Assembly (NCBI GenBank): GCA_902560505.1
Contig: CACELY010000001.1
Span: 14,800 to 78,799 of the forward strand
Length of the DNA: 64,000 nucleotides
From: an uncultured Alphaproteobacteria bacterium
GTDB lineage: Bacteria > Pseudomonadota > Alphaproteobacteria > Rhodobacterales > Rhodobacteraceae
Direction of reading: 5' to 3'
In this document: in pieces, positions 39,433 to 49,411 of the stretch
How the letters are laid out: each line of letters starts with the position of its first letter
Numbering within the stretch: the first letter of the stretch is position 1
Notes under the pieces: generated by a model
The model's database searches: none
Told to the model about the DNA's origin: nothing
Seen by the model: the letters and a program-made list of their open reading frames with translations, nothing else
Translations under genes and position numbers: made by a program

Positions 39433-39572
39433 ATAATTTTTAACTTTTATTTATTGTAGGGAACTATATACTCCATCTTACAGGTGGACACAATAAATTT
39501 AAATCTTATATATCTACTTTAGTAATTTATTTCCTTCTTAAAGGAATAGAGAACAGAATTGGAACATAGAGA

Positions 39573-40226
39573 ATGTTACAAATATTTATATTAGCAGCTG
39601 TAGCTATATTTCTTTTTTGGCGATTGAGAGCAGTACTTGGTTCTAGAGATGGTTTTGAAAAGACCATTAGGGAGATCAAAGAATCAAGCGATGTAGTCAG
39701 TAACCCGAAGGTTACAGATTCAACAAAAAATGATGGTCCTGACGACGATATTTACGATTATGTTGAGGAAGACAGTAAAAATGCCCAGGTATTCAAAAAG
39801 ATGAAGGAATTTGACAGCGACTTTAGTGTGAACAAATTTGTTTCAGGCGCAAAGATGGCATACGAGATAATTTTGATGGCTTTTGAAAGAGGCGATACTG
39901 AAAAACTAAAAACTCTTTTGGAAAAGAAGGTATTAACAAGTTTCAAGTCAGTTATAGATAAAAGAAAAAAAGATGGGTTTATTGTTGACGCAAAATTTAT
40001 AGGAATGAGAGACATTAGAATAATCAATGCGTCATTTAGTCAAAAAACAAAAATTGCTGACGTGACATTATCATTTAAATCCGAAATAACAACCGTTGTA
40101 AAGGACAACAAGGGAGCTATAATTGAAGGTCACCCTGATGAGATAAAGAAACAAAAGGACACTTGGGTTTTCACTAGAAATCTGTCTGATAAAAGCCCTG
40201 TTTGGTTTTTAAAATCCACTCTATGA
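39573..40226 (+). CDS. Tim44-like domain membrane protein
   Basis: 217 aa. N-terminal TM helix (ILAAVAIFLFWRL). C-terminal Tim44-like domain (FVSGAKMAYEIILMAFERGD...WVFTRN). Confidence 0.8.
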   Translation: MLQIFILAAVAIFLFWRLRAVLGSRDGFEKTIREIKESSDVVSNPKVTDSTKNDGPDDDIYDYVEEDSKNAQVFKKMKEFDSDFSVNKFVSGAKMAYEIILMAFERGDTEKLKTLLEKKVLTSFKSVIDKRKKDGFIVDAKFIGMRDIRIINASFSQKTKIADVTLSFKSEITTVVKDNKGAIIEGHPDEIKKQKDTWVFTRNLSDKSPVWFLKSTL

Positions 40227-40804
40227 AAAAAGAAAAAATCATACAAAAGACCAAAGACCAGCTGTTATGGGAAGATTTTGTTGTTAAGAACAATATAAAA
40301 AAAAAATCGAGTGACAGTAGAACTTATTCAAGTAACTTAAATTACAAAGATACTTTCTCAGCTAACGACCCTGTTTCTTATTCTGATAAAAGGTTAGGTA
40401 GCTTTGTAAACGCGAAGTATCTTTCTAAAATGAGTTCTCCTATAATAGATATAAATATAGAAAAAAATAAGCTAAAACGAATAAAAAGTGGAAGAATTAA
40501 TATTGAAGGAACCATAGATCTTCACGGATTCTCTCTAAAAGAAGCCAAAGCGCGTTTACAACTATTTGTTGGTGATAGTTTGCAACGCAACAAGCGGCTT
40601 TTGTTGATCATCACTGGAAAGGGTCGGAATTCAAAGCCTAACATCCATGGAAAAAAGCAAACAATAAAAAGTGAGATTAATAAATGGCTCTTAGAAGACT
40701 TTTATCGGGATAAAGTACAGTATATATCGAAGGCTTTAGATAAGCATGGAGGTGAAGGTGCTTACTACTTTTTTCTCATAAAATCAAAGAACATATTTTC
40801 TTAA
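40223..40804 (+). CDS. Smr domain protein
   Basis: ATG 40223 is in an ATGA overlap with the Tim44-like stop. The track start TTG 40202 is less likely. Smr motifs [11 protein letters not shown] and LLIITGKG. Confidence 0.8.
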   Translation: MKKEKIIQKTKDQLLWEDFVVKNNIKKKSSDSRTYSSNLNYKDTFSANDPVSYSDKRLGSFVNAKYLSKMSSPIIDINIEKNKLKRIKSGRINIEGTIDLHGFSLKEAKARLQLFVGDSLQRNKRLLLIITGKGRNSKPNIHGKKQTIKSEINKWLLEDFYRDKVQYISKALDKHGGEGAYYFFLIKSKNIFS

Positions 40805-42094
40805 GTCAGCAGTTTTAGATAGACTACTAACGTGCTTTTCAACAAGTTTTGAATCGACCACCACTGTTTTCCCCTTTAAGTCAGGTGCATTGAAGCTAAC
40901 GTTTTCAAGTACTTTCTCTAAAATCGTATGCAGCCTTCTCGCCCCAATATTTTCGATATTAAAATTTACTTCTTCCGCCAATGAACATATCTTTTCAATA
41001 CCATCGTCGCCAAAAATCAGCTCAACACCTTCGGTCTTGATCAATTCAATATACTGTTTGGTAAGACTGTTATCAGTCTCAGTTAAAATTCTTTTAAAGT
41101 GCTCTTTTTTTAATGGGCTTAGCTGTACTCTTATAGGAAGACGTCCTTGTAATTCTGGGAGAAGATCAGATGGTTTCGAAAGATGGAAAGCCCCCGAGCA
41201 AATAAAAAGAATTTGATCTGTTTTAATGGGCCCGTATTTGGTGGATACGATCGTACCTTCAATAAGCGGGAGTAAATCGCGCTGAACCCCTTCTCGACTG
41301 ACTTCCGCAGATTTCGACGTGGAGTTAGTACATACTTTATCTATCTCGTCTATGAAGACGATGCCGCTTTGTTCTACTCTAGTCTTGGCGTCTTTCTGTA
41401 TAACTTCCTCATCCAAAAGCTTTTCCATTTCCTGATCAATGAGTATTTTGTGACTTTCCCTAACTTTTAATTTTTTCTTTTTTTTAAGTGAACCAAAATT
41501 TTTTCCAAAAATATCGCTTAGGTTCATTACGCCCATGGAACCACTTTGAGATCCAGGCAAGTCTATCATAGGAAGAGAATTACTCTTTTCAAAGACCTCT
41601 ATCTCAACTTCCTTGTCATCTAAAAGGCCGTCTCTCAATTTTTTTCTAAATGACTCTATGGTTGATTCTCTTGCCTCTTCCCCAGCGATGTATTTTAACA
41701 CAACCTTCTCAGCTTCGCCTTTTGCTTTTTCGTAAAGAGACTTACTCATTTCTTGTTTAACTAAATTGATAGCATTTTCTAAGAGATCTCTAATTATTTG
41801 ATCCACATCTCTACCAACATATCCTACCTCTGTAAATTTCGTAGCTTCGACTTTTAAAAAAGGTGCTTTTGCTAATTTAGACAAACGGCGAGATATTTCA
41901 GTCTTGCCAACACCCGTGGGGCCAATCATAAGTAAGTTTTTAGGGTATATTTCATCTTTTATATCATCAGTTAACTGTTGGTGCCGCCACCGATTTCTGA
42001 GTGCAATCGCAACAGACTTTTTCGCTTCTTCTTGACCTATTATGAAACGATCCAATTCTTTTACTATTTGTTTAGGGGTCAGATTGTTCAACAT
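40784..42094 (-). CDS. hslU: ATP-dependent protease ATPase subunit HslU
   Basis: 436 aa. [21 protein letters not shown], Walker [10 protein letters not shown], and [10 protein letters not shown]. Confidence 0.97.
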   Translation of the reverse strand: MLNNLTPKQIVKELDRFIIGQEEAKKSVAIALRNRWRHQQLTDDIKDEIYPKNLLMIGPTGVGKTEISRRLSKLAKAPFLKVEATKFTEVGYVGRDVDQIIRDLLENAINLVKQEMSKSLYEKAKGEAEKVVLKYIAGEEARESTIESFRKKLRDGLLDDKEVEIEVFEKSNSLPMIDLPGSQSGSMGVMNLSDIFGKNFGSLKKKKKLKVRESHKILIDQEMEKLLDEEVIQKDAKTRVEQSGIVFIDEIDKVCTNSTSKSAEVSREGVQRDLLPLIEGTIVSTKYGPIKTDQILFICSGAFHLSKPSDLLPELQGRLPIRVQLSPLKKEHFKRILTETDNSLTKQYIELIKTEGVELIFGDDGIEKICSLAEEVNFNIENIGARRLHTILEKVLENVSFNAPDLKGKTVVVDSKLVEKHVSSLSKTADLRKYVL

Positions 42095-42095
42095 A

Positions 42096-42641
42096 TTATC
42101 TCGAATTCAAAGTTAAATGTATTATCTCATTATTAGTGTAAACACATATTTCTGAAGCAATGTTGATAGCCTTTATAGCAATTTCTTCTGAACTCTCTTT
42201 CCCTTCATAAAGCGCTCTTGCAGCAGCCAAGGCGAAGTTTCCACCAGAACCTACAGATGCTATATTGTTTTCTGGCTCTAAGACATCACCTGCACCCGTT
42301 ATTATTAATAGATCTACCCCATCAGAAACTATCATCATGGCTTCTAAATTCCTTAAATACTTGTCAGTTCTCCAATCCTTGGCAAGCTCTACAGATGCTT
42401 TCGATAATTGACCTGGGTATTTTTCAAGTTTCTCTTCTAGTCTTTCTATAAGTGTAAAGGCATCTGCAGTTGAACCCGCAAAACCTGCTATGATTTCATA
42501 GCCTTCGTTTTTGATAGTTCTAATTTTCTGTGCTGTGCCTTTTATTATTGTGTTACCTAAACTTACTTGCCCGTCGCCTGCAATTGTTACACTTCCATTT
42601 TTTCTAACACCAACTATAGTTGTTCCATGCATATTATTCAT
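42096..42641 (-). CDS. hslV: ATP-dependent protease peptidase subunit HslV
   Basis: 181 aa. [12 protein letters not shown] with the catalytic Thr, and [14 protein letters not shown]. Confidence 0.96.
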   Translation of the reverse strand: MNNMHGTTIVGVRKNGSVTIAGDGQVSLGNTIIKGTAQKIRTIKNEGYEIIAGFAGSTADAFTLIERLEEKLEKYPGQLSKASVELAKDWRTDKYLRNLEAMMIVSDGVDLLIITGAGDVLEPENNIASVGSGGNFALAAARALYEGKESSEEIAIKAINIASEICVYTNNEIIHLTLNSR

Positions 42642-42648
42642 ATTTAGA

Positions 42649-45057
42649 TCAGTTTAAAGTTCTTGCCACTTCCTGGGTCGTAAAAATTTCTATAACATCA
42701 TCCTTTCTTATATCCTCATATGCCTCAAATGCCATTCCACACTCCTGGCCAGACTGTACCTCTTTAACCTCATCTTTAAATCTTTTTAGCGTTTTTAGTT
42801 TTCCTGTATGTATAACCACATCTTCCCTTAAGAGACGAACACCAACATCTCTTCTAGCGTGTCCTTCTGTAACCAAGCAACCAGCAATCTTCCCAACCCC
42901 AGTTATTTTGAATACCTCCTGTATTTTTGCATAACCTATAAATGTTTCTCTTATTTCTGGAGACAGGAGTCCCTCCGCCGCTTTAGTTATGTCGTCTACA
43001 AGATCATATATTATAGAGTAATATCTTATATCAATTTTTTTCTGACTGGCGCTTTCTCTTGCAGCTGTGTTTGCCCTCACATTAAACCCTATAATTATAG
43101 AATTTGATGACAATGCCAGAGTAATGTCACTTTCAGTTATAGCTCCTACGCCTGAATGAACAACTCTAACCTCGACTTCTTCACTTTTTATTTTTTCCAT
43201 CGCATGGACAATAGCCTCACCGGATCCCCTAACATCACTTTTAACTATGATTGGAAGAAAAGATAATTTCTCGTCTTCCTTAGCTTTAGCCAACAATTGA
43301 TCAAGTGAAGAACCCATCCCTGCTGTATTTTTTTTGTTTTTTATATTTTGTTCTCTGTAAAGAGAAATTTCTCTGGCCTTAGCCTCACTTGGCAAAACGT
43401 TTAGTATATCGCCAGCTTCTGGGGTACCGTTTAATCCTAGAACTTCTACTGGTGTTGAAGGTAGAGCTAAATCAATTTTTTCTTTTTTATCGTTAAAAAG
43501 TGCTCTTACTTTACCCCATTGTTGGCCTACTACAAAAATATCACCCTTCTTTAAAGTACCTTTTTGAACCAAAACTGTAGCTACGGGACCTCTCCCCATA
43601 TCCAGTTTTGCTTCAACTACTGTTCCTTCTGCTGGTCGTTTCTCGTTGGTTTTAAGCTCTAATAGTTCAGCTTGTAAGGTTATGTTTTCAAGCAATTTTT
43701 CCAAACCAGTACCATTTGTAGCTGATATTTCTGTCTCGAGAACATCTCCTGACATACTCTCAACAATAATCCCGTGCTGTAGAAGCTCCGTTCTTACTTT
43801 GTTTGGATCAGAGCCTTGTTTGTCTATTTTATTTATCGCCACAATCATTGGAACTTTTGCTTCTTTGGCATGATTGATTGCTTCAATTGTTTGTGGCTTT
43901 ACACTGTCATCTGCTGCAACGACTAATACTACAATATCAGTGATAGTTGCACCCCTAGATCTCATATTGCTAAATGCCTCGTGTCCCGGCGTATCAAGGA
44001 ACGTCAGCTTTTGATTATTATTGAGGGTAATTTGATATGCACCTATGTGTTGGGTTATACCCCCGGCTTCACTAGAAACCACATTTGTTTTTCTGAGAGA
44101 ATCTAGCAGTGTAGTCTTCCCATGATCCACATGGCCCATTATTGTAACAACAGGAGGCCTTGGGGATTTAGTGTCTTCAGTTTTATCATCAATGTTAATT
44201 ATTACATCTTCTACATCAGCATCCGAAACTCTGATAGCGTGGTGACCAAATTCTTCAACTAATAAAGTAGCCGTATCTATATCAATAGCTTGGTTTTTGG
44301 TAACCATTATGCCATTTGTCATTAGTTTTTTTACTAAATCAGCAGATCGTTCTGCCATTCTGTTAGCAAGCTCCTGTACAGTGAGAGGAGTGTCTGGAAT
44401 TTGAACGTCTCTAATAATCTTTTCTCTTTCCAAAGAGGTCTCTAGCATTTGCCGTTTTTCTTTTTCTTGTCTTCTTCTTAGAGAAGCAATAGAACGTTGG
44501 CGACCCCCATCATCTCCTAAAGCCTGTGTTATGGTAATCTTGCCAGATCGTCTCTTGTTTTCATTTAACTTAGTAGATTTAAAATTTGTCTTTTCACTAT
44601 TATCTCGTGTTTTGCTTTCATAAGATGTTTTTTGATTGCTTTCGGTCTTTGTTCTCTTTTTTGATCCAGTTAAATCAGGTGGTTCTAAATTTATAGAGTC
44701 AGGAATTTTATTCGGATCTTTTGCCTCTTTAGGCTTAGATTCTTTGTCTAGAGATTTTATTTCTTGTTTGTTTTGCTCCAGTAACTTTTTTTCCTCCGCT
44801 CTAGAAGCTTCGATGGCTTTTTTTCGTCTCAATATCTCTTCATTTTCATTAGTCTCTATTTTGGCGACCACATTTTTATTGTTTTCTTCAATCACAGGAC
44901 CCTTTTTCGAGATCAGCAGCTTTTTCTTTTTTGTTTCTACTACAACGGATTTGGATCTACCATGTGAGAAGTTTTGTCGAACCGTATTAGTCCCACTTTT
45001 AAGTCCCAAAACTTTGGGTTTATTTTCTCTGTTTTCACTATCAGTCATCGCAATCAC
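42649..45057 (-). CDS. infB: translation initiation factor IF-2
   Basis: 802 aa. Lys/Glu-rich N-terminus. G domain [28 protein letters not shown]. Conserved C-terminal domains. Confidence 0.97.
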   Translation of the reverse strand: MIAMTDSENRENKPKVLGLKSGTNTVRQNFSHGRSKSVVVETKKKKLLISKKGPVIEENNKNVVAKIETNENEEILRRKKAIEASRAEEKKLLEQNKQEIKSLDKESKPKEAKDPNKIPDSINLEPPDLTGSKKRTKTESNQKTSYESKTRDNSEKTNFKSTKLNENKRRSGKITITQALGDDGGRQRSIASLRRRQEKEKRQMLETSLEREKIIRDVQIPDTPLTVQELANRMAERSADLVKKLMTNGIMVTKNQAIDIDTATLLVEEFGHHAIRVSDADVEDVIINIDDKTEDTKSPRPPVVTIMGHVDHGKTTLLDSLRKTNVVSSEAGGITQHIGAYQITLNNNQKLTFLDTPGHEAFSNMRSRGATITDIVVLVVAADDSVKPQTIEAINHAKEAKVPMIVAINKIDKQGSDPNKVRTELLQHGIIVESMSGDVLETEISATNGTGLEKLLENITLQAELLELKTNEKRPAEGTVVEAKLDMGRGPVATVLVQKGTLKKGDIFVVGQQWGKVRALFNDKKEKIDLALPSTPVEVLGLNGTPEAGDILNVLPSEAKAREISLYREQNIKNKKNTAGMGSSLDQLLAKAKEDEKLSFLPIIVKSDVRGSGEAIVHAMEKIKSEEVEVRVVHSGVGAITESDITLALSSNSIIIGFNVRANTAARESASQKKIDIRYYSIIYDLVDDITKAAEGLLSPEIRETFIGYAKIQEVFKITGVGKIAGCLVTEGHARRDVGVRLLREDVVIHTGKLKTLKRFKDEVKEVQSGQECGMAFEAYEDIRKDDVIEIFTTQEVARTLN

Positions 45058-45063
45058 TATTAA

Positions 45064-45633
45064 TTAATGGTTATCTATAAAACCTTTTAGTTTATTTAAG
45101 TCCACTTGAATAGTTTTTTTAAAATTTTTGGAAAAAACACCAACATATTTGACATTAAATTTACCAGTGCTTTTTTCTAAATCTTTTTGTTTAAGCAAGT
45201 TTTCAAAAATTGAAACATTTTCAGAGACAAAAAAAGATTTGTTAGCCAGTCTCTTTGCACCCATAGCTACAATTATTAAACAGTGTCTATTTTGTATTAA
45301 TTGTGTTTTTATCGCGTCCAAACCTATTGCCAAAACACCAGATTTTTTTGTCATAGAAATACTGCTCATAATTTTCTTTCTAAGAACCATTTCAATTATG
45401 GATACTAGATCTGGTGAGAAAATTTTTGAGACACCGAGATAGGTTTTTAAATCGTCTTTTTTTAAAATATCAACTATAAGGGCTTTATCGGCTGGTAGCC
45501 AAACCGACTTTCCAGGGAGCTTTTCGCACAAATCTGGAATCAATTTATTATCTGGGCTTAGACAAATCTTTATGAAATCATCTTTGTTAATACTGGAGCT
45601 ATTCAAGAAGATATTTTTTTTCAAAACCACCAA
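45064..45633 (-). CDS. YlxR/DUF448-like protein with L7Ae-like C-terminal domain (nusA-infB operon protein)
   Basis: 189 aa. The call rests on its position between nusA and infB. It has a degenerate DUF448 core (PGKSVWL in place of GRGAW) and a C-terminal KKSGVLAIGLDAIK...LIIVAMGA segment. Confidence 0.55.
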   Translation of the reverse strand: MVVLKKNIFLNSSSINKDDFIKICLSPDNKLIPDLCEKLPGKSVWLPADKALIVDILKKDDLKTYLGVSKIFSPDLVSIIEMVLRKKIMSSISMTKKSGVLAIGLDAIKTQLIQNRHCLIIVAMGAKRLANKSFFVSENVSIFENLLKQKDLEKSTGKFNVKYVGVFSKNFKKTIQVDLNKLKGFIDNH

Positions 45634-45650
45634 TCTCTTTTAATATTTTC

Positions 45651-47237
45651 TTATTTTACAAGAGATTTGATTATCTCTTCGGACTCCTCTTTTGTAACCC
45701 ATCCTAACATTTCCCTTGCCTTCATGATAAGTTGTTGAGCCTCAGAAAGTGAAAGCTCAAAATGTTCGAGGAGACCCTCATCTCTTACCCTTTTTCCATC
45801 AATCGTTGTGTAGCCACCAGCTAATTCCCAATCTGCACAGGTAGCAAACTCCTTTAGAGATTTTATCCCATCTTTGACCAATACTTCCAGCATTTGTGGG
45901 TTTAACCCCTCGAAGTTTAACAAATCATCCTCAATCCCATTTGATTTTGCAAAATCCAAAGATTTTTTATTAAGGTTCTCGAGATAATCTTTCGCTCTCT
46001 CTTGTAATTCTGTCGCAGTTTCTTCGTCGAAACCATCTATCGAGCTGATCTCAGTAGCTTCAACATATGCAACCTCTTCCATAGTAGAAAAACCTTCGGA
46101 TACAAGAAGCTGTGCAACCATCTCATCAACATTTAGATGCTCCATGAAAAGATTTGATCTTTCGTTAAATTCTTCTTGTCGTCTCTGCGACTCATCTTCT
46201 TCAGTCAATATGTCAATGTCGTATTCAGTTAACTGACTTGCAAGTCTCACGTTTTGTCCTCTGCGGCCAATTGCTAAAGATAGTTGATCATTTGGGACCA
46301 CAACCTCTATTCTCTTTGCATCCTCATCGAGAACGACTTTACTTACTTCAGCCGGTTGAAGGGCGTTAACAAGAAAAGTAGGTGCATCATCATTCCAAGG
46401 GATAATATCAATTTTTTCTCCCTGCAGCTCATTTACTACCGCTTGAACCCTGCTACCTCGCATCCCGACGCAGGCGCCGACAGGGTCTATGGAGCTATCT
46501 TGGGATAAAACACCAATTTTTGCTCGGCTACCGGGATCACGACAAACTGTCTTAATCTCAATTATACCGTCATAAATTTCAGGAACCTCCATTTTAAATA
46601 GTTCCACTAGAAACTCAGAATTAGTTCTAGATAGAAATATCTGTGGCCCTCTTGTATCTTCTTTTACTTCCTTTATGTAAGCTCTAACTCTATCACCAAC
46701 TCGCAGAACCTCTCTTCTAATTAACTGATCTCTTTTCAATACTGCTTCAGCTCTTCCCAAGTCTACTATCACGTTACCGTATTCAACTCTCTTGACTTGA
46801 CCGTTTATAATTTGTCCAACCTTATCTTTATATTCCTCATATTGCCTTGCTCGGTCGGCCTCTCGTACTTTTTGAACAATTATTTGTTTAGCTGCCTGCG
46901 CTGCTATTCTACCAAAATCCATTGGAGGCAACTGCTCTTCGATGAAACCATCCAGTGTCACTTGAGGGTTAATTTTTTTAGCATCAGCTTCGTTGATTTC
47001 AGTGAAATGGTTTTCGACTTGTTCAACAACCTTTCGCCATCTTGACATCGACACCGTTCCTGATCTTGAGTCAATGTCAGCTCTTATGTCATACTCCTGA
47101 CCGTATTTGGATTTTGCAGCTTTAGCCAGGCTCTCTTCCATTGCATCAATTACTAGCTTTGGGTCAATTAATTTTTCTTTAGCTACTGCATCAGCTATTT
47201 GAATAAGCTCACTGCCACTTCCTGATGAAATATTCAT
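45651..47237 (-). CDS. nusA: transcription termination/antitermination factor NusA
   Basis: 528 aa. S1 and KH domains (GQIINGQVKRVEYGNVIVDLG..., IGACVGMRGSRVQAVVNELQGEKIDII) and C-terminal acidic repeats. Confidence 0.97.
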   Translation of the reverse strand: MNISSGSGSELIQIADAVAKEKLIDPKLVIDAMEESLAKAAKSKYGQEYDIRADIDSRSGTVSMSRWRKVVEQVENHFTEINEADAKKINPQVTLDGFIEEQLPPMDFGRIAAQAAKQIIVQKVREADRARQYEEYKDKVGQIINGQVKRVEYGNVIVDLGRAEAVLKRDQLIRREVLRVGDRVRAYIKEVKEDTRGPQIFLSRTNSEFLVELFKMEVPEIYDGIIEIKTVCRDPGSRAKIGVLSQDSSIDPVGACVGMRGSRVQAVVNELQGEKIDIIPWNDDAPTFLVNALQPAEVSKVVLDEDAKRIEVVVPNDQLSLAIGRRGQNVRLASQLTEYDIDILTEEDESQRRQEEFNERSNLFMEHLNVDEMVAQLLVSEGFSTMEEVAYVEATEISSIDGFDEETATELQERAKDYLENLNKKSLDFAKSNGIEDDLLNFEGLNPQMLEVLVKDGIKSLKEFATCADWELAGGYTTIDGKRVRDEGLLEHFELSLSEAQQLIMKAREMLGWVTKEESEEIIKSLVK

Positions 47238-47728
47238 TTAAACTCCATTTCTTTTATACTTTCTAAAGACATTCCTTCTAAATCTATTTTTATATCTAAA
47301 ACACGAGATAAGTCTAAACATGTCTCTCCATTATTATTCGACAAGGTCAACGAATCTTGGCTATGGGCAATCAATTTTCCTCTTCCTGAGTAGTTTTCAC
47401 TTTTTACCTTTACGTTGTGGTTTTTATATTTTGTAAAATCATCCAATGAAGAAAGATATCTATCTATTCCAGCAGAAGACACCTCGAGCCTAAAGGGATC
47501 TTTTATTATGCTTTCAACATCCAAAATAGAATTTATTTCCACAGAAATATCTGCGCATTCATCTATCGTCACTTTACCATCTATCTTATCTAGAAAAACC
47601 AACAATTTTGACTCTTTACCTTTTCGAAACTGTATCTTAACAATCCTCAACCCCTTATCTAAGATAAATGGCTCTAAAACCGTATATATTTTTTTCTCAG
47701 TGGAGGTATTCGCAATTAAATTTAACAC
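47234..47728 (-). CDS. rimP: ribosome maturation factor RimP
   Basis: The RimP core is ...IYTVLEPFILDKGLRIVKIQF...IDECADISVEINSILDVE. GTG 47728 lies 7 nt after GGAG. The track start ATG 47764 would translate through a terminator-like hairpin and T9 run. ATGA overlap with nusA. Confidence 0.85.
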   Translation of the reverse strand: MLNLIANTSTEKKIYTVLEPFILDKGLRIVKIQFRKGKESKLLVFLDKIDGKVTIDECADISVEINSILDVESIIKDPFRLEVSSAGIDRYLSSLDDFTKYKNHNVKVKSENYSGRGKLIAHSQDSLTLSNNNGETCLDLSRVLDIKIDLEGMSLESIKEMEFK

Positions 47729-47739
47729 TAAAGGGCTCC

Positions 47740-47762
47740 AAAAAAAAAGGGCCTCAAAGCCC
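47740..47762 (-). terminator. intrinsic-terminator-like hairpin plus T9 tract (DUF1674 gene terminator and/or rimP-nusA leader attenuator)
   Basis: The minus strand reads GGGCTTTGAGGCCC. That gives a 5-bp stem of 4 GC pairs plus one GU wobble, with a 4-nt TTGA loop. It is followed directly by TTTTTTTTT (47748..47740). It is the most GC-rich hairpin I saw in an otherwise AT-rich window. Confidence 0.6.
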
Positions 47763-47832
47763 ATAATCTTAAACCAAATAATTGGCTGTGTTATACAAGC
47801 TTTTTAGATAAAATACAATAGCAAATTGGTTT

Positions 47833-48012
47833 TTAAAAGTCAGAAGCAATTCCCTTAACTTCCCAGTCACCATATCTTGTCGGTTCTAGTCCACCACGTC
47901 CTTTTTTTTCAGCTGGCATTTTGTTATAGTCATTACCTTTTTCAGCACGCCTTTTTTTAGCTTCGTCTAGAGCTCGCTTAGCTTGTTTTGATTCTTTATC
48001 TGTATTAGTCAT
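47833..48012 (-). CDS. DUF1674 (SDHAF4-like) small protein
   Basis: The C-terminal PTRYGDWEVKGIASDF is the DUF1674 signature. The start is ATG 48012 or TTG 48033. Confidence 0.75.
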   Translation of the reverse strand: MTNTDKESKQAKRALDEAKKRRAEKGNDYNKMPAEKKGRGGLEPTRYGDWEVKGIASDF

Positions 48013-48091
48013 TATTGTTTTTTTAAATAACAAAATATGGATTCAGATCTATAATATAGCGTAACAAAAACATATATCAAAATTCGTCGAA

Positions 48092-49411
48092 ATGGAAAAA
48101 AAATTAAATAATAAAACATATGACAAAATTTTGACCACAGCCTATTTTATTGTGCTCAATGTTTTCAAAAAAAATATTTCTACAAGACAGTCGATGGCCT
48201 CAAAGACTTCAAAATATTCAAGTCTTTCAAGTTCTGATAAAGCAAAATGTAATGATTTGGTCCAAAAAGTATTGAGATTCACAGTTTATCTAGATCCTTG
48301 GATTAAAAGAAATAAGAAGGGAAGGTTAAGGACAGAGATTTTTTGTCTCGTGCGACTTTCTCTAGTAGATATTTTGGTAAGAAATGTAAGGCAGGAAACA
48401 GTATTAAAAAAATATTCAGAACTGGCGTCTTCCTTTGAAAGGACAAAGCATGGCAAAGACCAATTGAGGTACTTTATTCATCTTGGATATTCTGTGTTGA
48501 AAAAAAAATCTCTTGAGCCATTATTTTTATTTGAAAGTAAAATTCGTAAAGTACTGTTAACTCAATATAGTTTAGAAATTATAGAAAGAGTGGAAAAAAT
48601 TTTTTCTGATTCATCTCCCATAGACCTATCTATAAAAAGCAGTGCGTCAAAGGAAAATTATTTTAAAAAACTCAAAGGAAACTCTATTAACCGGTCACAT
48701 TTTAGGCTATCTCAAAAGATCAATCTAATCAAAACAAAAGGGTACTGCACTGGGGACTGGTGGGTACAGAGTTTAGCTGCATCTTTGCCCGTTAAAATAG
48801 CTCCAATGGCTTTAAAAGAAAAAATTGTTTTAGATGTTTGTTGTGCCCCTGGAGGAAAGTCTTTTCAATTGGCTGACAATGGAGCAATTTTGACCTCAAT
48901 TGATAAGTCTGAGAGAAGACTCAAAGTCATGAAGGAAAATTTACATAGACTGAACTACGATTTGGATCTAATTTGTACAGACGTTTTTGAATATCAACCA
49001 AAAAAACTTTTTGATATTATCCTCCTAGATCCTCCATGCACTGCTACTGGAACTATTGGAAAAAACCCGGACCTTCAATTTCTTAACCCACTTGATAAAT
49101 TAGAGGAATTATCAGATATACAGCAAAAAATGTTAACACGTTGCGCCAGTTGGCTTCAGGATGATGGTTACATTATTTATTCTGTTTGCTCACTGCTAAA
49201 ACAGGAGGGAGAAGATCAAATAAGTAGATTTTTAAATAAAAATAAAGAATTTTGCTTAATTCATCCCCAAAAAAAAGATTACTTAGATCAAGAGGGTTAT
49301 GAGACCAATAAAGAGAGCGGAACAAGAATAATGCCATTTTTTGAGGAAGGTTTAGGGGGAACTGAAGGTTTCTTCATTGCATATTTACATCTAAAAGGAA
49401 AAAGTAATTAA
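48092..49411 (+). CDS. rsmB: 16S rRNA m5C methyltransferase, RsmB/Sun family
   Basis: 439 aa. SAM motif DVCCAPGGKSFQL. Catalytic ILLDPPCTATGT and YSVCSL. Confidence 0.85.
   Translation: MEKKLNNKTYDKILTTAYFIVLNVFKKNISTRQSMASKTSKYSSLSSSDKAKCNDLVQKVLRFTVYLDPWIKRNKKGRLRTEIFCLVRLSLVDILVRNVRQETVLKKYSELASSFERTKHGKDQLRYFIHLGYSVLKKKSLEPLFLFESKIRKVLLTQYSLEIIERVEKIFSDSSPIDLSIKSSASKENYFKKLKGNSINRSHFRLSQKINLIKTKGYCTGDWWVQSLAASLPVKIAPMALKEKIVLDVCCAPGGKSFQLADNGAILTSIDKSERRLKVMKENLHRLNYDLDLICTDVFEYQPKKLFDIILLDPPCTATGTIGKNPDLQFLNPLDKLEELSDIQQKMLTRCASWLQDDGYIIYSVCSLLKQEGEDQISRFLNKNKEFCLIHPQKKDYLDQEGYETNKESGTRIMPFFEEGLGGTEGFFIAYLHLKGKSN

Noticed and set aside
39531-39546. TTCCTT-CTTA-AAGGAA hairpin upstream of the Tim44-like gene
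   Set aside because: It is a 6-bp AT-leaning stem with no T tract, 27 nt from the ATG. It is too weak and isolated to call a regulatory element.
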